From Octopus vulgaris (lineage: Eukaryota), in assembly GCA_951406725.2 (NCBI GenBank), contig OX597831.1, forward strand, positions 61,814,001-61,878,000: a stretch of DNA of 64,000 nt. The letters are read 5' to 3'. Below are positions 39,486 to 52,747 of this stretch, in pieces. Below the pieces are notes generated by a model. It did not search any database. It was not told the DNA's origin and saw nothing but the letters and a program-made list of their open reading frames with translations. The position numbers were made by a program, and so were the translations under genes. Every line of letters starts with the position of its first letter. Positions within the stretch are counted from its first letter, which is position 1.

Positions 39486-40986
39486 ACAATTTATTCCTAT
39501 TTCGTTACGTATAATCCCTCGCTGACAATAAACTGTTGAAAGGTCTGTAAGAGCGTACTGAGAATAGCAGTTACTATGAAATCGCGACAGCAAGGGCGTT
39601 ATTCTGGAAATCATTTGTTTTCAATTGTTTTGAATATTGCTCACAACTTTGATCTTCTAAAAGTCCTGGCAATACATCTCAAGTAGAAATATTGGAGTAA
39701 AATATTTGCGAAGCATCCAGCGTTCTAAGAACACTCCTTATAAGGACACTATGCATTATAACTCTATTCTGTGGAATGCCACTGGCAATGACACACGCAC
39801 ACACTGACACACAGACACACATACACACACACATACACACATGCATACAAACATATATGCATGTATATGTATAAACATACATGCACATATATACGTACAT
39901 AAATGTGTGTGTGTATATGTGTACACATCTCTATATGTATGAATGTATGTATGCATATATATATATCCCTCTCTTTCTTTCTCTCTCTCTGTCTTTATAT
40001 ATATATATATATATATATCTGTGTGTGTATATATATATGTATATATGTCTGTACGTACGTGTGTTTACAAATCCCCACATACACTCATCCACAACTTTGA
40101 TAATCTAGAATTCAAACTCACTAGCTCTGATCAATCGGAATTGAATATGTAAATATCTATCCACGTTTATTCTACATATTCGGATCCAAAATATTGAATG
40201 AATATATTATATTAAATCGAATGATAGCTATGAATTGTTGTGTTATTTTGAGCAGAAATTAAAAGACACAATATAACTCTGAATATATAATCTCCACAAG
40301 AACAACTTGATAAAAATCATCCTTCGTTCACACAAAAGTTCATGTTGTAAAGTTGGATGAGTTTTATCAATATTTCCCGTCAACTATATAACAATGAAAC
40401 AAGTCTTTGCTAGGATATAAGCACATATCTAAATACTTGGTTTTGAGGAGTGGGAATAAATTTTCCTGGTTCTACATCACGAAATGCACACAGGGTCAAC
40501 AAAAATAAGTGAAGTACAAGAAATAAGTGCTTGCAATACGAGGATATATGGTTTTCTGAAAAAATATTAAAAAGCTACTATATTTGTCGCTTTCTCTGTA
40601 TGTATGTATGTATGTATGTATGTATGTATGTATGTATGTATGTATGTATGTATGTATGTATGTATGTATGTATGCATGCGTGTATGTATGTGTATGTGCA
40701 TGTATGTATGTGTGTATGTGTATGTATGTATGTATGTATGTATGTATGTCAGTGTTCAGTTCAAGATTTCTTGTCAATAGAGAGAGCCAGTTTCTAACCT
40801 AGATCCAAGGCTCTTTCACTGGAATATCAAGAACAAGGTATTTTTGTATGTATGTATGTATGCATGGTTGTGTGTATGCATGCATGCATGTGTGTATGTA
40901 TGTAGGTAGGTAGGTATATATATATATGTATGAACGTGTATGTATGTATTTATAGATAGATATATATTTTGGTATACAGTATTGAT

Positions 40987-41249
40987 GTGGAGGTGCGTCG
41001 TTTAGTGGTTAGGGTGTCAGCATCATGATCGTAAGATTGTGGTTTCGATTCCTGGACCGGGCGACGCGTTGTGTACTTGAGCAAAACATTTCATTTCACG
41101 TTGCTCCAATCCACTCAGCTGGCAAAAATGAGTAACGCTGCGATGGACTGGCGTCCCGCCCAGTTGGGGAACACATACGCCACAGAAACCGGGAAACCGG
41201 GCCCATGAGTCTGGTTAGGCTTTAAAAGGGCGCATTTATTTATTTATAT
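40987..41249 (+). mobile_element. SINE family C with TSD
   Basis: TATACAGTATTGAT / TATAGAGTATTGAT flanks; (TTTA)n tail. Confidence 0.88.
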
Positions 41250-41696
41250 TATAGAGTATTGATATTGAGTTGGAAATCATAAAACAACGTGAACATTCAT
41301 ATTCAAAACACTCGATATGAACAAACTACATGCATATCTGTGCATGTGTATATCTAGGAATGAACATATGCTTATAAATGTACATATTGCACGTATTTAT
41401 TGTGGATATATTGTAAGAAGCTTGCTTCTCAACCACATGGTTCTGAATGTAGCCCCAGTGCATGGCAACTTGGGCATGTGCCTTCTAGTATGGTCTCGCC
41501 TTCGACAGACCAATGCCTTGTGAATTAATTTGATAAAGGGATACTTACAGAAATCCGTTGTTTGATACATACTTCATGCATGCATATAACGTTATACACC
41601 CACCCACACACATATGTATATACACAAGTATAGATACATACATATATACAAATATATATATACATATATACTGTTGAAACATTCCTGTTACAACCT

Positions 41697-41740
41697 GGGA
41701 CCTTGAAGACTGCTTAAATGCAAGAAAGTATACTAGTTCC
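41697..41740 (+). ncRNA. Minimal hammerhead motif with one extra core nucleotide
   Basis: GGGAC CUUGAAGA C UGC uuaaau GCA A GAAA GUAUAC UA GUUCC; palindromic stem III GUAUAC. Confidence 0.6.
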
Positions 41741-42470
41741 TTAATATTTGATATTCAATATTTAATCTGTTCAATAAGACAATCAATACTTCATATCATA
41801 TACTACTATATATACTATTTATACTATATATTCTATATTCTACATTAATATTATAAAGAATATACATAAAACATAAAAAAAAACACAAAGTTGAAATTCC
41901 TTTGAATAATATATATATAATTTCTTTGAATAATATATATATATATATAATTTCTTTGAATAATATATATATACACACACACACATATACATACACTCAT
42001 GCGCGCGCACACACACACATATATCCATACATATATATAAGAGAAGAAAAAGAAAATGGAGATTGGGAATTTAATATTTGTTTATCATAAACACCAAATT
42101 AACCATCATCCATTATAGCTGTTTCTATTAACACTCAGTAAATATTAAGTAAGTATTAAATTTATATGACCTGAACATAAAATCTTCAGAGGGGAAAAAG
42201 GTACACCTTTTACATGTGTTTATGGATTCATTATAGCAAACTGAATGATACGGTTTATGATTTGTATCGGTATATGTTTGGGCGAGGGGTTTGCAGGTTG
42301 ATTGGAGATGAGATGGGGCAGGTAAATAGAATTAGAACAATAAATGGATACATTAAATAGATATGATAAAGTATAAATAAAGTTATGAGAATTTGCATAT
42401 ACGCAAGTACACACGTATGTATATACACACATACATATATGTATATGTACGTCAGTATATATACACAGAA

Positions 42471-42701
42471 GGCGGCGAGCTGGCAGAACCGTTAGCACGC
42501 CGGGCGAAATGCTTTGCGGTATTTCGTCTGCCGTTACGTTGTGAGTTCAAATTCCGCCGAGGTCGACTTTGCCTTTCATCCTTTCGGGGTCGATAAATTA
42601 AGTACCAGTTACGCACTGGGGTCGATGTAATCGACTTAATACCTATGTCTGTCCTTGTTTGTCCGCTCTGTGTTTAGCCCCTTGTGGGTAATAAAGAAAT
42701 A
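42471..42701 (+). mobile_element. SINE family B, young, 17-bp TSD
   Basis: AGTATATATACACAGAA at 42454-42470 and 42702-42718. Confidence 0.93.
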
Positions 42702-42888
42702 AGTATATATACACAGAAACACACGCATATTCTCACACGTATTCATAGATCTACAGGTACACACATATCTGCGGCGCATATAAATATATATGTATATATA
42801 CATATGCATGCGCAAATACATTAATACGTATGCACACTCACACATACACACCTGTTTCTTAGGGGTGATGGGTAAAATGTGTAAACGC

Positions 42889-42926
<38 letters not shown>

Positions 42927-43340
42927 GAGTGTGCATATATATTACTTTATTCGCGCATGTATATGTGTATACACGTATATGCCCGGATGTGTGTCTGTGT
43001 GTATATATATATATATCGACGTACGGATACATATATGTATGTGTATACATAAATACGTGCGTACCTGCATATATACACATTTTCATAACTTTATTTATAC
43101 TTTATAAACGAACATTCCATTTTTTTATTAACTACAAACCTTATTTATATTTAAATTTCCTCTATCATCTCTATTTAATCCATTCGGTTATTTTTCTAAT
43201 TCTATTTACCTACACTATCTTCTTATCTCCAGTCAACCTGTAAACACCTCACACGGACATATAACAATACAAACCACAAACAGTATCATTCAGTCTGCTA
43301 CAATGAATCCATAAACACATAAAACCTCCAAGGGTCTATC

Positions 43341-43422
43341 TTTTTCCCTCTGATGATATTATGTTCAGGTCATATAAATTTTATATTTACTGAGTATTAA
43401 TTGAAACAGCTGTAAGGAAAGA
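43341..43422 (+). ncRNA. Type-I hammerhead motif with extended stem II
   Basis: UUUUUCCCU CUGAUGA [..AUGUUCAG..AUAUAA/UUAUAU..CUGAGUAU..] GAAA CAGCUG UA AGGAAAGA; decayed mirror copy on the minus strand at about 42110-42199. Confidence 0.7.
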
Positions 43423-43673
43423 TGATTAATTTGCTGTTAATAATAAACAATTATTAACTTCCCAATCTCCATTTTCTTCTTTCTTCTTTTATATGAATAT
43501 AAACTATATGTTTTTATTATATATATATATATAACTATTATTTTAAGGAAATTACACCGCCCCCACCCAAATACTAGGTATTGAACGAATATTTCCTTTG
43601 ATGAAGCCATCCCTTCAAGAGGTCAACGTAACATTCAATCGCATTTATATTTATTCTTACATATATGTGTATG

Positions 43674-43729
<56 letters not shown>

Positions 43730-43825
43730 TGTACATATATATATATTATATATATATATACATCTATATATACACACACACATATATACATACATATATA
43801 TATATACACATACTCACACACACAC

Positions 43826-44039
<214 letters not shown>

Positions 44040-44046
44040 ATATATG

Positions 44047-44467
44047 CATACTAATATGGCATTCTTATAAAAATAAGAATAAAGCTGTCCGCTTATTAGC
44101 TCCATGAGGCCATCGCCTTAAGTTAGCTATTTGATACACAAACTGTATCCATATAACCTTCGAACAAGGGAGGTCAGTCGCTCCACACTACTTGACCGGC
44201 AGCTACAGACGCGTTTCGGGGTATTGCCCCTTTTCAATGCAGCGTAGCCAGCCAGTAGGTGTCGCTTCTGACAATCTCTGTTCGATGGTTTTATTTACCT
44301 AGTTTCGGTGGAATACATCCACTTGTTTTCAATAATAGAAATATTAAAATTACTAAGTCTCTCTAAAAGAGAACAGCGGCAGCGTTCCCGGAAAATAATA
44401 GTTATCGCCATACTAATATGACATTCTTATAAAAATAAGAATAAAGCTGTCCGCTTATTAGCTCCAT
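44047..44467 (-). mobile_element. 362-bp terminally redundant unit with one hammerhead (retrozyme- or pLTR-like)
   Basis: 59-bp direct repeat at 44047-44105 and 44409-44467 (1 mismatch); abuts a long (TA)n tract. Confidence 0.7.
44202..44243 (-). ncRNA. Minimal type-I hammerhead with compensated U3-A8 core
   Basis: GCUGCA UUGAAAA GGGG caaua CCCC GAAA CGCG UC UGUAGC. Confidence 0.8.
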
Positions 44468-45029
44468 AGTTACCGAGTGCTGTAAATGGTAAACTGTTAG
44501 CATCCAAGTTGATACCGGAGGATGAAGCTGGGGATCCGTAGCAGATGTTGAGTCATCGCTTTTAAATTAAAGGGAGAAGAAAACAGACCCAAAGCAGGAC
44601 AAGATTATAAGCCCGTTTAAAATATATATGTGTGCGTGTGTATATGTATGTATGTATGTATGAATGTATGTATGTATGTATGTATGTATGTATGTATGTA
44701 TGTATGCGTGAGTGAGTGTGTGTGAGTGCGTGTGTTTTGTGCCTGTATCTGTCGCCTAACATTGCTTGGTAACCGGTGTTGGTGTGTTTATGTCTCCGTA
44801 AACTAGTAGCTGTAGAAAAGAAAGCGATAAAATTAGTTCTAGTCTTTAAAAAAAAGAGGTACTGTTGTTAATTCGTTCGATTAAAATTCCTCAAGTCGTT
44901 TTCCCATCATTCCCATAATCACCCCCCCCCCCCATATATATGCTCCATACATATACAAACATACAACACACTATACACACCACTAAGACGCACGCAAACA
45001 CACACAGACACACATACACACACACACAC

Positions 45030-45076
<47 letters not shown>

Positions 45077-46033
45077 AATATACACGCTCTATACACACAA
45101 ATACACACACACACATACATAAACACAATTTTCACAGTTCGGTTCCATATGCATGAGGTGTATCGAAATATGGCACATTTGAGTACCTTGTTTTCTGTCC
45201 CCGAATTCGTTGAATATTTAGCCTTGTCTTAAAAATCTCAAATCACACAATTTACCATTATATTGTCTGTCATTATTTGGTATTGGAAGCATAACATCAT
45301 AAACAACTTTGATCCCTATTTTGAAACAATTCTGTTACTTCTAGGTTCAAATGTAACCTACAATTTAATGCAGATATTCTATTTCATATTTTGCATGTTT
45401 AATATTTTATAGATTCTACGCAAGTCGCAGCTTTCCTTACAAAATTTTCAGTTTCATTAAAAATGCTGCCTTTTCATTTATTTATCAATTTTTTTTTTGT
45501 TTCTGTCTCGAAAAAGAAAAACAGAACATTTTGTATTTTAAATTACTTCCTACGTGTGTTTTGTTCATTGCATTTACATCTCTACCTTACTTTATCTCCG
45601 TTGGATATTTTCATTTTGCAAATAAGATATATAACAATATAGCAATTATAATTTGTATTATTTTTTTATTCTTTCTCGCTAAGGTCTCTGCTAAATAGGA
45701 TTTCAGACTGTATATATTTCTTTCCATTTCGATTAGTTTTGTTTCCAGTATAATGATTATTTCCTAATTGGATCACTGTGAAATCTTTGGGAAAATTGAT
45801 TGCATAGTATTCCGTTACAGACTTAGACATTGCCATGGTTTTCACTCTGTAAGTAAATTTACACATTCTCATAAATTTAGGTATATTCGTTATAAGTGAA
45901 TAACGTTATACTTCAAACCAAACAACAACAAACATAAACAAACCATATTAAAGACAGTTAATATTTGAGATACTTACGAGCATATCCGAGGGTTCTAACG
46001 ACAGTAATGCAAACGTGGGTATTATTAAATGAT

Positions 46034-46199
46034 AGGCGCAGGAGTGGCTGTGTGGTAAGTAGCTTGCTTACCAACCACATGGTTCCGGGTTCAGTCCCAC
46101 TGCGTGGCACCTTGGGCAAGTGTCTTCTGCTATAGCCCCGGGCCGACAAAAGCCTTGTGAGTGGATTTGGTAGACAGAAACTGAAAGAAGCCTGTCGTA

Positions 46200-46238
<39 letters not shown>

Positions 46239-46362
46239 CTGTGTTTGTCCCCCTAGCATTGCTTGACAACCGATGCTGGTGTGTTTACGTCTAAAGGCGG
46301 TGCTCCAGCATGGCCGCAGTCAAATGACTGAAACAAGTAAAAGAGTAAAAAATAGTAAAAGA
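46034..46362 (+). mobile_element. SINE family A
   Basis: Near-consensus head. Confidence 0.9.
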
Positions 46363-47244
46363 GTTGTTTCAAGTTCCGTAATTTGGTGGAGTGACTCTTC
46401 CTCTATACGAAGCTACTACCCAACATCGTCTCCTTTACCTGCGATGCTTTTACGTCAACTCACGGAAAAAATCAGGTGTACACTACTGTTCTCACTTTTT
46501 CACAGCCGCTTTCACCTCGTCTGTACTGGGAAATGGTCGTCTCCGAAGATTGTCCTTCATTAGACCGAACTGATGGAAGTCAGAAGGTACCAGACTGGAG
46601 CTTTACATTGGAGGTGGGATAACTATTCATGCTAATTTGCCGATTGTCCTACTTCGTACCTGAGATATGTGTGGTAGTGCATTGTCATGGTGAATGGGGA
46701 TAGTTTTCAGAGTCAATGTCTATGGTACATAGGAGTTACACGTTCGGTCTTTTCCCCCTAAAAGTTTCTTTAAAACTTTTGAGGCGTTCGCACCACCGCT
46801 CGATGTTCATGGCATAGAAAATGAATGAAGATGATACAGGAGTTTCTCTGTCGATGTTTGGCTCTTTTACTTTGGAGATGATGTGTGATACCATTCTGGA
46901 TCATTATTTACTATAAGACGGCCAATAAGCATTTAATCATCCAGGGTGCTAACGATTCTGCCAGTCGGCGCCTTAATATATGCATATGTATTAAGAAGCA
47001 ACACACCAGGACATCTATTTCTTCCCAGACCGGAGATCTGGTCTGAGTATTTGCATCACTGAGTAGTCTGTTAAACGCATTCCAGGACGAAGCCAATATG
47101 GCTGAATTGTATAGTTAATTAGGCGGTGGACTGTCCAAGAACAGTTACAGTATTCATCTCATTGATCATGAAGCGAAATTCTTAATCACACATGCGCACT
47201 CAAACATAAACACATAGAAAACTTACACATATACATACGCATAT

Positions 47245-48135
47245 ATTAGACTGTCAGATGAATTCCTAGTGTTTTATGGCCTTTTTGCTGCTCTATTTTC
47301 CCACCAAATTTTAGTTTATCATTTTCGAAATTTTAATAAATTTTATCTCTTTCTAGACATATGACTACAGAGTTCCAAGTAAAAAAAAAGCGTTCATTTT
47401 CGACTCTGGATTCTCTTTGCTTTCAGTCAAGTTTCCAAAGCTACGAGAACCGCGCGAAATGGTTGTGCTGCTTACGGAGAAACCAGTATAAATGAACATG
47501 ATGGACAGTATTAGTTTCCATGCTTCAAAGGAGGTGGATTCAATTTCACAGACTTTCTGTGTTCCAGGTGACCTGATCAGTTCAATGAAAATCAATTGAA
47601 TGAGATCATCGTGATAATCCGTGCCAACCGACTAGGGATTGGCCCAACAAATAGAATGCTCTCATGATACCATCGCCCATTAACTTTACACAATCGGATG
47701 TCATAAGCTCCTCTATCGCTGCCGATTTGTTCGCTCGACACCAGAGTATACGTAGTAACGAAGATATCTTCGCTGTAGCGTTACCGGCAATTTTACACGG
47801 TGTCCTTACATCAATATGAAACAGAAGAAAGGATAGCAATGTTCTGACAAACAAGAAACATCTTGAGCCAGGTCAGAGCTGCAACTATTCGAAACAATGA
47901 TCTGTGTTTGGGGTTAATGAAAACTGCTAATCTACAACGTAATACTAGAAAACCACAATACGACCAATGCAGAGCTTTACGCTTAGGAAATGCACTGTTC
48001 AACGAGGCAATGGAACTGAAACGAAGAGACCATTGAAACGGCGTATTTCTTCAATGTGAGAGCGCTCACCCTTCACTAATTTCCCCAAGACTACCATTCA
48101 AAAGTTCGGTTAAGACATTCTACCGCATCCACTTT
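47245..48135 (+). mobile_element. Highly decayed mariner-like remnant
   Basis: Residual KFG*DILPHPLY-like motif near 48100; overall layout resembles mariner; no intact ORF. Confidence 0.35.
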
Positions 48136-50278
48136 ATTGGTAAATCATTTTACTGCAACTACGCCAACAAGCAACATTTGTAGAACATAGGAAGAAGGTT
48201 AGTAACTAGCTTTATAAAAAGAAAATCGAAAATTAACCTTCTTCCCAAATCTATAAAGCAAAAACGAAAACAAGAATGATGTAAGACCCCCCCACGTGGT
48301 TTCGCAGAATCCATGGTCCTGCTAGCCAAATAAACTTACTGGTTCAAGTTACTGACAACTGTCTCCCTACTACCACTATGGTAAATAACACGCAGAAACC
48401 GCAACGATTATTGTAGTTGTAACGGTAGTCAGAATTATATATTTCTTTATTGCCCCCAGGGGGCTAAACATAGAGGGGACAAACAAGGACAGACAAAGGG
48501 ATTAGGTCGATTACATCGACCCCGGTTCGTAACTGGTACTTTATTTATCGACCCCGAAAGGATGAAAGGCAAAGTCGACCTCGGCGGAATTTGAACTCAG
48601 AACGTAGCTGCAGACGAAATACTGCTTAGCATTTTGCCCGAGGTGCTAAAGTTTCTGCCAGCTCGCCGCCTTGTAATGGTAGTCAGAATTATATAACGGT
48701 GAAATGTGCCCCGTCTGAAATTTTCCGAGAAAAAATAACTTTGGTTTTGAAGTACTCTCTCGAGGAGAGAGTATTCTCTACCAAACTAAGTAAAGAAAAA
48801 AAAACCCCACCAGATACGGTATTAAAAGCAGTTAAAGAAATTGGAGTATATTAGCAACAGTATGATGAACTCACATTCTACCAGATTAACGCCTGTCTAT
48901 ATGATCCGGCTATTACTACAAAGCAGTACTTGAATGGCATTCAAAAAGGAAGCAAAACCGAAACAAAAAAGAAAGTACAATCATTGGATTTGAAGAGAGA
49001 GAAAAGGATAACTGGTTTACGGAAGACCATCTGTTATGTGATGATGCTTATTGCGTGCAAACAATTAAACCACTGTACGTCCCACTATAAGAAGGTGATA
49101 GAAAAGATGTTTGCAGACAACAACAAGAGGACACACACTTGCAAAGAGACTACCCTCAAGCAGGAGCTAAAAGCTGTCTGTGAAAAGCTCCGGCATCAGG
49201 AGAGAATAACCGAGAGAACAATATATGAGCAAAAGAATATACATGAATATGTTAGTATAAAGCTCCAAGATGATAGTAACATTGATCATCAAAGCAGTCT
49301 ATCATGGATCAATAGCCGGATTACTACCTCCCACTTTGAAGGGTATGCGTTTGCAATCCAGGAACAAGAAATATCAACCAAATACCTGATGCTCAATAGG
49401 GATAGAGATGCAAGAAAAGCAATAAAACGTGACAACAGATGCAGACTTTATGAAATTAACACCGAAGATATCACCCACATCATAACATAAGCAGTTGTGT
49501 GAAAGTATCCACAAGGTTATATCAACCGATGAGACAGGATATTGTTGCTAGGACACTCTATAATGTAATCTGTCGGAAGGATAACCCCGATGACAAATGA
49601 ATAAGGACCCACAGCATGGTAGAAGCCGGAGCCACTCATAAGAAAAAGGAGTACTGGTAGTATGTCCCAGTGAAGACCTCAGTATAATGTAAACACAACA
49701 GACCTGATATAATGATTTGGGATACAGAAGAGAAGCTGAGGACAGTTGTTGAAAGTAGCTGCCCAGCGGATGTTAACATAAAGCGGAAGAGCAATGAAAA
49801 AGAGAATGCCTATGCTGAATTTTTGAGCATTCTGCAGTTACCCTATCCAGATTACAAGTTCAGGTTTATAACTGTAACTATTGGGGCCCTGAGATATGTA
49901 ACATACTGCCTAAATGCCAATCTTGAGAAATTAGGCTTCTCAAAACCAGAAAGAATGAAGATAATTCGAAGACTGCAGACCTAAGCCATCAGTTGAACTG
50001 CAAAAATCTGTAAAACTCTCCAGAAGTTTATCATTCAAATACATATGAACATCTCTAGATAGGCAACTATATACATGAGAATATATACATAAAACAAAAC
50101 ATACAATTCTGCACATATGCATGCATACAAATATACATATATACATACAGAAAGACAGACAGACAGACAAAAATGCCGTTTGTGATGTTCAAATTCCAAT
50201 GAAGGGACCTTGAATCTAGGTTAAAAATCATCTCTTTCTTTATTGGCAAGTAATCTTGAAATAAACTGAATAATAACA
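48136..50278 (+). mobile_element. R4/Dong-like LINE lacking the RT domain, 3' end intact
   Basis: N-terminal region joins the post-RT region at ~49223; RPDIMIWD endonuclease; 3' UTR matches 17760-17870. Confidence 0.85.
48442..48670 (-). mobile_element. SINE family B nested in the LINE, 25-bp TSD
   Basis: TTGTAA(C/T)GGTAGTCAGAATTATATA at 48417-48441 and 48671-48695. Confidence 0.92.
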
Positions 50279-51021
50279 TATATATATAGAGGCAGACATA
50301 CACACACAGAGAAATATATGTATATGTGCCTGTGCGTGTGTGTGCATTTGTACACATCTGTACACGCACATACCACACACACACACACACGCATATATAT
50401 TTATATATATGTGTGTGTGTGTGTATGTGCGTGTCTGTGTGTGTGTATGTGTGTGTGTGTATGTATGTATATATATATATATGTGTGTGTGCACAAATAT
50501 ACACACATAGATTCATACATACATCTTTATATATTTACGTGTATGTTTTTTGGCATATGTACAACAATCTAACATATCTCAGTTTTTTATATTTATGTAA
50601 TTACACGTTACTTTAGACTTTTTTTAAAATTATCATTCACAGACGCAAATGCTTACACGATATTTAACGAAATATATAAACAGAAATTAGAAAATATTTC
50701 CCAGTTATTAAACTACACGAAAATTATTTCCCTTCATAGCTAAGATTATTTCTCTAATAATAGTTTTATTGCTTTTCTTCATGACTTTAATCATTTCGTT
50801 GTGACTTCAAATTATACTTAACAAACTCAATATTATGCATGAAGCGGCGAACAAAAAAAAAAAAAACAAAACAAAAAACAACAACAAATATTAATAATAG
50901 AAGTGGTGATGAAGTGAAAACGTTATTTATTTAATATTTATGTAAGGAAAATACAATATAAATATAGGCTTTAACTAAAAGAAGAGAAAAGCATGATTAT
51001 AATGTAATACTTATTAATAGT

Positions 51022-51310
51022 TGGAGGCACATAACCTAGTGGTTAGAGCAGCGGGCTCGCGGGTTCGAATCTCAGACTGGGCGATGTGTGTGTTTATGAG
51101 CGAAACACCTAAGCTCCACGCGGCTCCGGCAGAAGGTAATGGCGTACTTCTGCCGACTCTTTCGCCACAACTTCCTCTCACTCTTTCCTCCTGCATCTTG
51201 CAGCTCACCTGCGACCGATTGGCGTCTCGTCCAGGTGCGGAACCTATACGCCAAGGAAACCGGGAAAACCGGCCCTTATGAGCCAGGCATGGCTCGAGAA
51301 GGAACAAATA
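51022..51310 (+). mobile_element. SINE family C variant
   Basis: tRNA-like head; flanking ACTTATTAA(T/C)AGTTGGAG duplication. Confidence 0.8.
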
Positions 51311-51964
51311 ACTGTTCCTCCCATAGGATGAAACAACAACTTATTAACAGTTGGAGATGGTACGAATGTCAAATGAATTGGTTTTATTTTCCTTGTATCT
51401 TTCACTATTACTGTAGTCCTGTAGTCTTTGTCTACATCTGGTAGTGGACTTTAGGCTACATCTGGTAGTGGACCGATGATTCGGGGCTTCCAGAGTTTTG
51501 AAAAGTATGGGATCACCTTTTAGCCACTATTTCCTATCAAGTCTACTCTGATCCAGAGATAGTAGCCCCCATCAAAGTTTCACTAGTGATTCATGAGCAT
51601 AGGACATTCAGTCTATTAATCAACCTCTTTGTTTTCAATGGCTGTTGTGCATTATTGTAGTTTTGAATGGTATATGGAAATTATTAATTAATAGAATATA
51701 AAAAGGCAAAAGTTTAAACGTTTGCAAAGTGTCCCACTATAATATAGAAATGAATGAGAGCATCAATAGCTAGAATTTAGAAAGTAGAAGGGTATATGGG
51801 TCACAGATGTGAGAAAAAAGGACTGGTAAATTTGAGAGATGTAAGAGAAACAGAAGTGTAAAAGATTAACTTTTACTATGTTCATACGTCGGAGCGATGC
51901 GAACAATCCAGTGCTCGACCCCAGTGCTCAACTGGTACTTTTTTTATATACCCCAAAAAGATGA

Positions 51965-52331
51965 ATTTCGTTTGCCGCTACCTTTCAGAGTTCAAATTCC
52001 GCCGAGGTCGACTTTGCCTTTCATCCTTTCTGGGTCGATTAAATAAGTATCAGTTACGCACTGGGGTCGATATAATCGACTTAATCCGTTTGTCTGTCCT
52101 TGTTTGTCCTCTTTGTGTTTAGCCCCTTGTGGGTAGTAAAGAAATAGGTATTTCGTCTGCCGCTACGTTCTGAGTTCAAATTCCGCCGAGGTCGACTTTA
52201 CCTTTCATTCTTTCGGGGTCGATTAAATAAGTACCAGTTACGCACTGGGGTCGATATAATCGACTTAATCCGTTTGTGTGTCCTTGTTTGTCCTCTATGT
52301 GTTTAGCCCCTTGTGGGTAGTAAAGAAATAG
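51965..52331 (+). mobile_element. SINE family B headless tandem dimer
   Basis: Two near-identical ~184-bp bodies. Confidence 0.88.
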
Positions 52332-52705
52332 TTATATATTATGGTTGTGGTTATTAGGGGGTGATCAGTCCACATAATCCTTTTATCATTGGTCAAAATA
52401 CCCTGCAGTATTTCTTCCGACTCGTAAGGAGACTATGATAAAAAGTTATAACTATGTGGCAATACTTTTTCTTTTTCTGTCTTCATTTCACTCTCATAGG
52501 ATATTGAATCCTGAGTCACTTTATCTACGTTTGATATGAACGCAGAGAAAGTTTTTGGAAGAAGTCTTAGATGCTTTCTGAACAATTACTAACTGCAATA
52601 AACACTCATTATTACTGGCTTGAAAGCCAGCTTTAGTCAAGTCTCACTGAACAGAGGATACATTATGTGTGTGGCGCTGGGGATGCATGCGTGTATGCTT
52701 GTGTG

Positions 52706-52747
<42 letters not shown>

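Larger units (their letters stand above)
42038..43490. repeat. Diverged inverted pair of pLTR-like repeats, ~420-470 bp each (42038-42453 and 43018-43490)
   Basis: For example GAAAATGGAGATTGGGAA mirrored by TTCCCAATCTCCATTTTC, and ATATGACCTGAACATAA by TTATGTTCAGGTCATAT. Confidence 0.85.

Noticed and set aside
51965-52331. CRISPR-like regularly spaced repeats
   Set aside because: Whole units are repeated with no unique spacers; a eukaryotic SINE tandem
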